64,000 nt of DNA. It comes from Patescibacteria group bacterium (lineage in GTDB: Bacteria > Patescibacteriota > Microgenomatia > Levybacterales > UBA12049). The DNA is taken from assembly GCA_038062115.1 (NCBI GenBank), contig JBBTXS010000004.1, positions 69,009 through 133,008 on the forward strand. Direction: 5' to 3'. Position 1 is the first letter of the stretch. Each line of letters starts with the position of its first letter. Below the pieces are notes generated by a model, which was not told where the DNA came from, ran no database searches, and saw only the letters and a program-made list of their open reading frames with translations. The translations under genes were made by a program, and so were the position numbers. Positions 62,510 to 64,000 of this stretch are shown in pieces.

Positions 62510-62671
62510 AAAATTTGGAGTGGCGGTGCTATCCGTGATTGTCCTAGACTCAGTAGCGAGTGTTCCACTCGGGAGCATCTAGGCACTAGATAGCTTATTA
62601 TTACCAACTCCGAATAAAACTATATCATTTCCTAGAGTGTTTTGCAATAGGCAAATTATTCATATTTTCAA

Positions 62672-63895
62672 ATGAAAATTCTTTTTGTCATCCCTCCGCC
62701 ATATTTACCCAATAGACTTCATAGAAATAGATCATTTGATTTAATCAAGATTCTATCAAAAAAGCATGAGGTGCATCTTTTTTGTCTGACAACCCAAAAA
62801 GAAACACCTAAAGAGTTTAGTCAAATAAAAAAAGTCTGTAAATCCATAAACATTATTTATCTAAACCCGCTAAGAGCTTTGTTAAGTTGCTCCCTTTTTC
62901 CATACCTACCAGCAGAAGTAGCATTTTGTCGATCAAATCTTGCAAAAAAAACAATCGCGAATATTATCAAAAATAAAAAAATTGATCTTATCTATGCAAA
63001 GCGGTTAAGAAGCGCCATATTTATTCCAGAATTAAATATCCCAATTATTTTGGATACCACAGATGCGATGAGTATGTTTTATAACCGATTGTACAAAGGT
63101 TCAAATTATCCAAAAAAAATAATTTATAAGTTGGAGGAAGTAAAGTATAGGATTTTTGAGAAGAAAACTATGGAAAAGTTTAGAGACTGGATAGTTTGTT
63201 CTCCTGTAGATCAAAAATACTTACAAAAATTTGGAAGGGATGTTAATATTCATCTAGTTCCGAATCCGGTAGATGCATATTACTTTTCACCTCCGAGGAG
63301 TCCTTCGGCCACCTCGAAGGTGGCGAGGCAGCGACCTCGACTCCTTCGAGGCGAACACTTTAATTCTTTGTTGTTTCGTGGGCTTATGGATAAACCAGTT
63401 AATATTGATGCCTGTTTATTTTTTGCAAAAGAAATTTTGCCAAAGATTAAAAAAGATATACACGACGTAAAACTTTTTATTGTTGGTCCCAAGCCCCACT
63501 CCTCAATAAAAAAATTAGCAAACGAAAAAGACATTTTTGTAACTGGTTTTGTAAAGGATGTAAGAGAATTTATTAGTAGAACAAGTATATCGATCTGTCC
63601 TGTTCGGATTGGATCGGGGACAAGATACAAAATATTACAAGCTTGGGCGATAGGGCAACCAGTTATTTCAACAACTCTTGGCGCCGAAGGACTTATGTAT
63701 AAAAAAGACAAAAATATTGCGATAGCAGACAGCCCCAAAGAATTTGCAGAACAAATAATCAATCTATTAAAAAATAAAGAACATTATGATACACTTGCAA
63801 AAAATGGACGCAAAACCATTGTTGCAGAATATAGCTTCAAAGTTATTGCCCAAAAACTTGAAACAGTAATTCAGAATGTCAAAATTGCTAAATAA
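62672..63895 (+). CDS. glycosyltransferase family 4 carrying a GC-rich in-frame element
   Basis: MKILFVIPPPYLPNR, GSGTRYKILQAWAIGQPVISTTLGAEG. Confidence 0.75.
   Translation: MKILFVIPPPYLPNRLHRNRSFDLIKILSKKHEVHLFCLTTQKETPKEFSQIKKVCKSINIIYLNPLRALLSCSLFPYLPAEVAFCRSNLAKKTIANIIKNKKIDLIYAKRLRSAIFIPELNIPIILDTTDAMSMFYNRLYKGSNYPKKIIYKLEEVKYRIFEKKTMEKFRDWIVCSPVDQKYLQKFGRDVNIHLVPNPVDAYYFSPPRSPSATSKVARQRPRLLRGEHFNSLLFRGLMDKPVNIDACLFFAKEILPKIKKDIHDVKLFIVGPKPHSSIKKLANEKDIFVTGFVKDVREFISRTSISICPVRIGSGTRYKILQAWAIGQPVISTTLGAEGLMYKKDKNIAIADSPKEFAEQIINLLKNKEHYDTLAKNGRKTIVAEYSFKVIAQKLETVIQNVKIAK
63288..63356. repeat. GC-rich 69-nt element, copy E4, in-frame
   Basis: CCTCCGAGG (63290-63298), CCTCGAAGG (63312-63320) and CCTTCGAGG (63343-63351), plus the CGAGGcagcgaCCTCG hairpin. 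Translates as (S)PPRSPSATSKVARQRPRLLRGEH. Confidence 0.8.
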
Positions 63896-64000
63896 TTTTT
63901 TAAATAGAAATAATATCTTAACTCTTACACTTCTTTTTTCGGATGCTTTTGCCGTAGTCTTAGCATTTTTAGCTTCTTATTTTTTGAGAAATAAAGGAAT
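63885..64000 (+). CDS. possible 5' end of a polyprenyl glycosylphosphotransferase-type membrane protein (runs off window)
   Basis: The open frame reads ..NNILTLTLLFSDAFAVVLAFLASYFLRNKG, resembling N-terminal TM regions of WbaP/CpsE-type sugar transferases. The start codon is uncertain (TTG 63885). Confidence 0.25.
   Translation, partial: MLNNFLNRNNILTLTLLFSDAFAVVLAFLASYFLRNKG

Noticed and set aside
63273-63762. Track ORFs 63273..63470 (+) and 63280..63762 (-)
   Set aside because: They are alternative-frame or antisense ORFs kept open by the GC-rich element E4 inside GT4 62672..63895.
1-64000. Possibility of an alternative genetic code (UGA recoded, as in some CPR lineages)
   Set aside because: TGA terminates many well-supported genes exactly at ATGA or GTGA junctions with the next gene (for example 15395, 19216, 25637, 28696, 44184, 59477, 60622, 61725). 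Family-typical C-termini end at TGA. Standard code 11 fits.

Overview
AT-rich, coding-dense, standard-code (TGA is a stop in many ATGA gene junctions) bacterial DNA. No rRNA, tRNA, CRISPR array, transposase or integrase was recognised. The gene content and repeat style resemble a CPR/Patescibacteria (Microgenomates-like) genome, but that placement is an inference. About 50 of the 64 kb is one very large cell-envelope glycan supercluster. It holds about 12 GT4/GT-B and 5 GT2 glycosyltransferases and 7 polytopic GT-C-type membrane enzymes, including four tandem AftD/DUF3367-like paralogs at 10.3-21.3 kb. It also holds two Wzy_C/O-antigen-ligase-like proteins, 5 SDR sugar-nucleotide enzymes (Fcl-like, RmlD-like, CDP-paratose-2-epimerase-like) and 5 SAM methyltransferases. 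The remainder is a hexapeptide acetyltransferase, ManC, a small initiating phosphoglycosyl transferase, a GtrB/ArnC-like polyprenyl-P sugar synthase and a Wzm/Wzt ABC exporter. Three segments interrupt the cluster. The first (30.9-38.3 kb) carries enolase, PEP synthase, bifunctional FBP aldolase/phosphatase and two toxin-antitoxin pairs, and is bounded by a truncated GT4 and an alanine-dehydrogenase remnant. The second (48.9-49.9 kb) is about 1 kb of decayed gene fragments and repeats. The third (61.7-62.7 kb) is a 947-bp insertion carrying a DUF3800 gene that duplicated the 5' end of a GT4 gene. The most unusual signal is not a gene. The window is peppered with at least three classes of short repeats, many sitting in-frame inside intact genes. 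Class 1 is 7-nt tandem arrays of several sequence families whose variant units fall exactly where a perfect array would create an in-frame stop. Class 2 is a GC-rich element of about 69 nt built from CCNCGAGG/CCTCGNGG arms (4 copies, 2 inside intact GT4 genes). Class 3 is GTCATT...ATGACAATT palindromic elements (4 full, 2 half), one of which supplies a C-terminus and stop codon and one of which has an 11-bp flanking direct repeat. All protein family calls rest on motif recognition from the supplied translations; no database search was possible.
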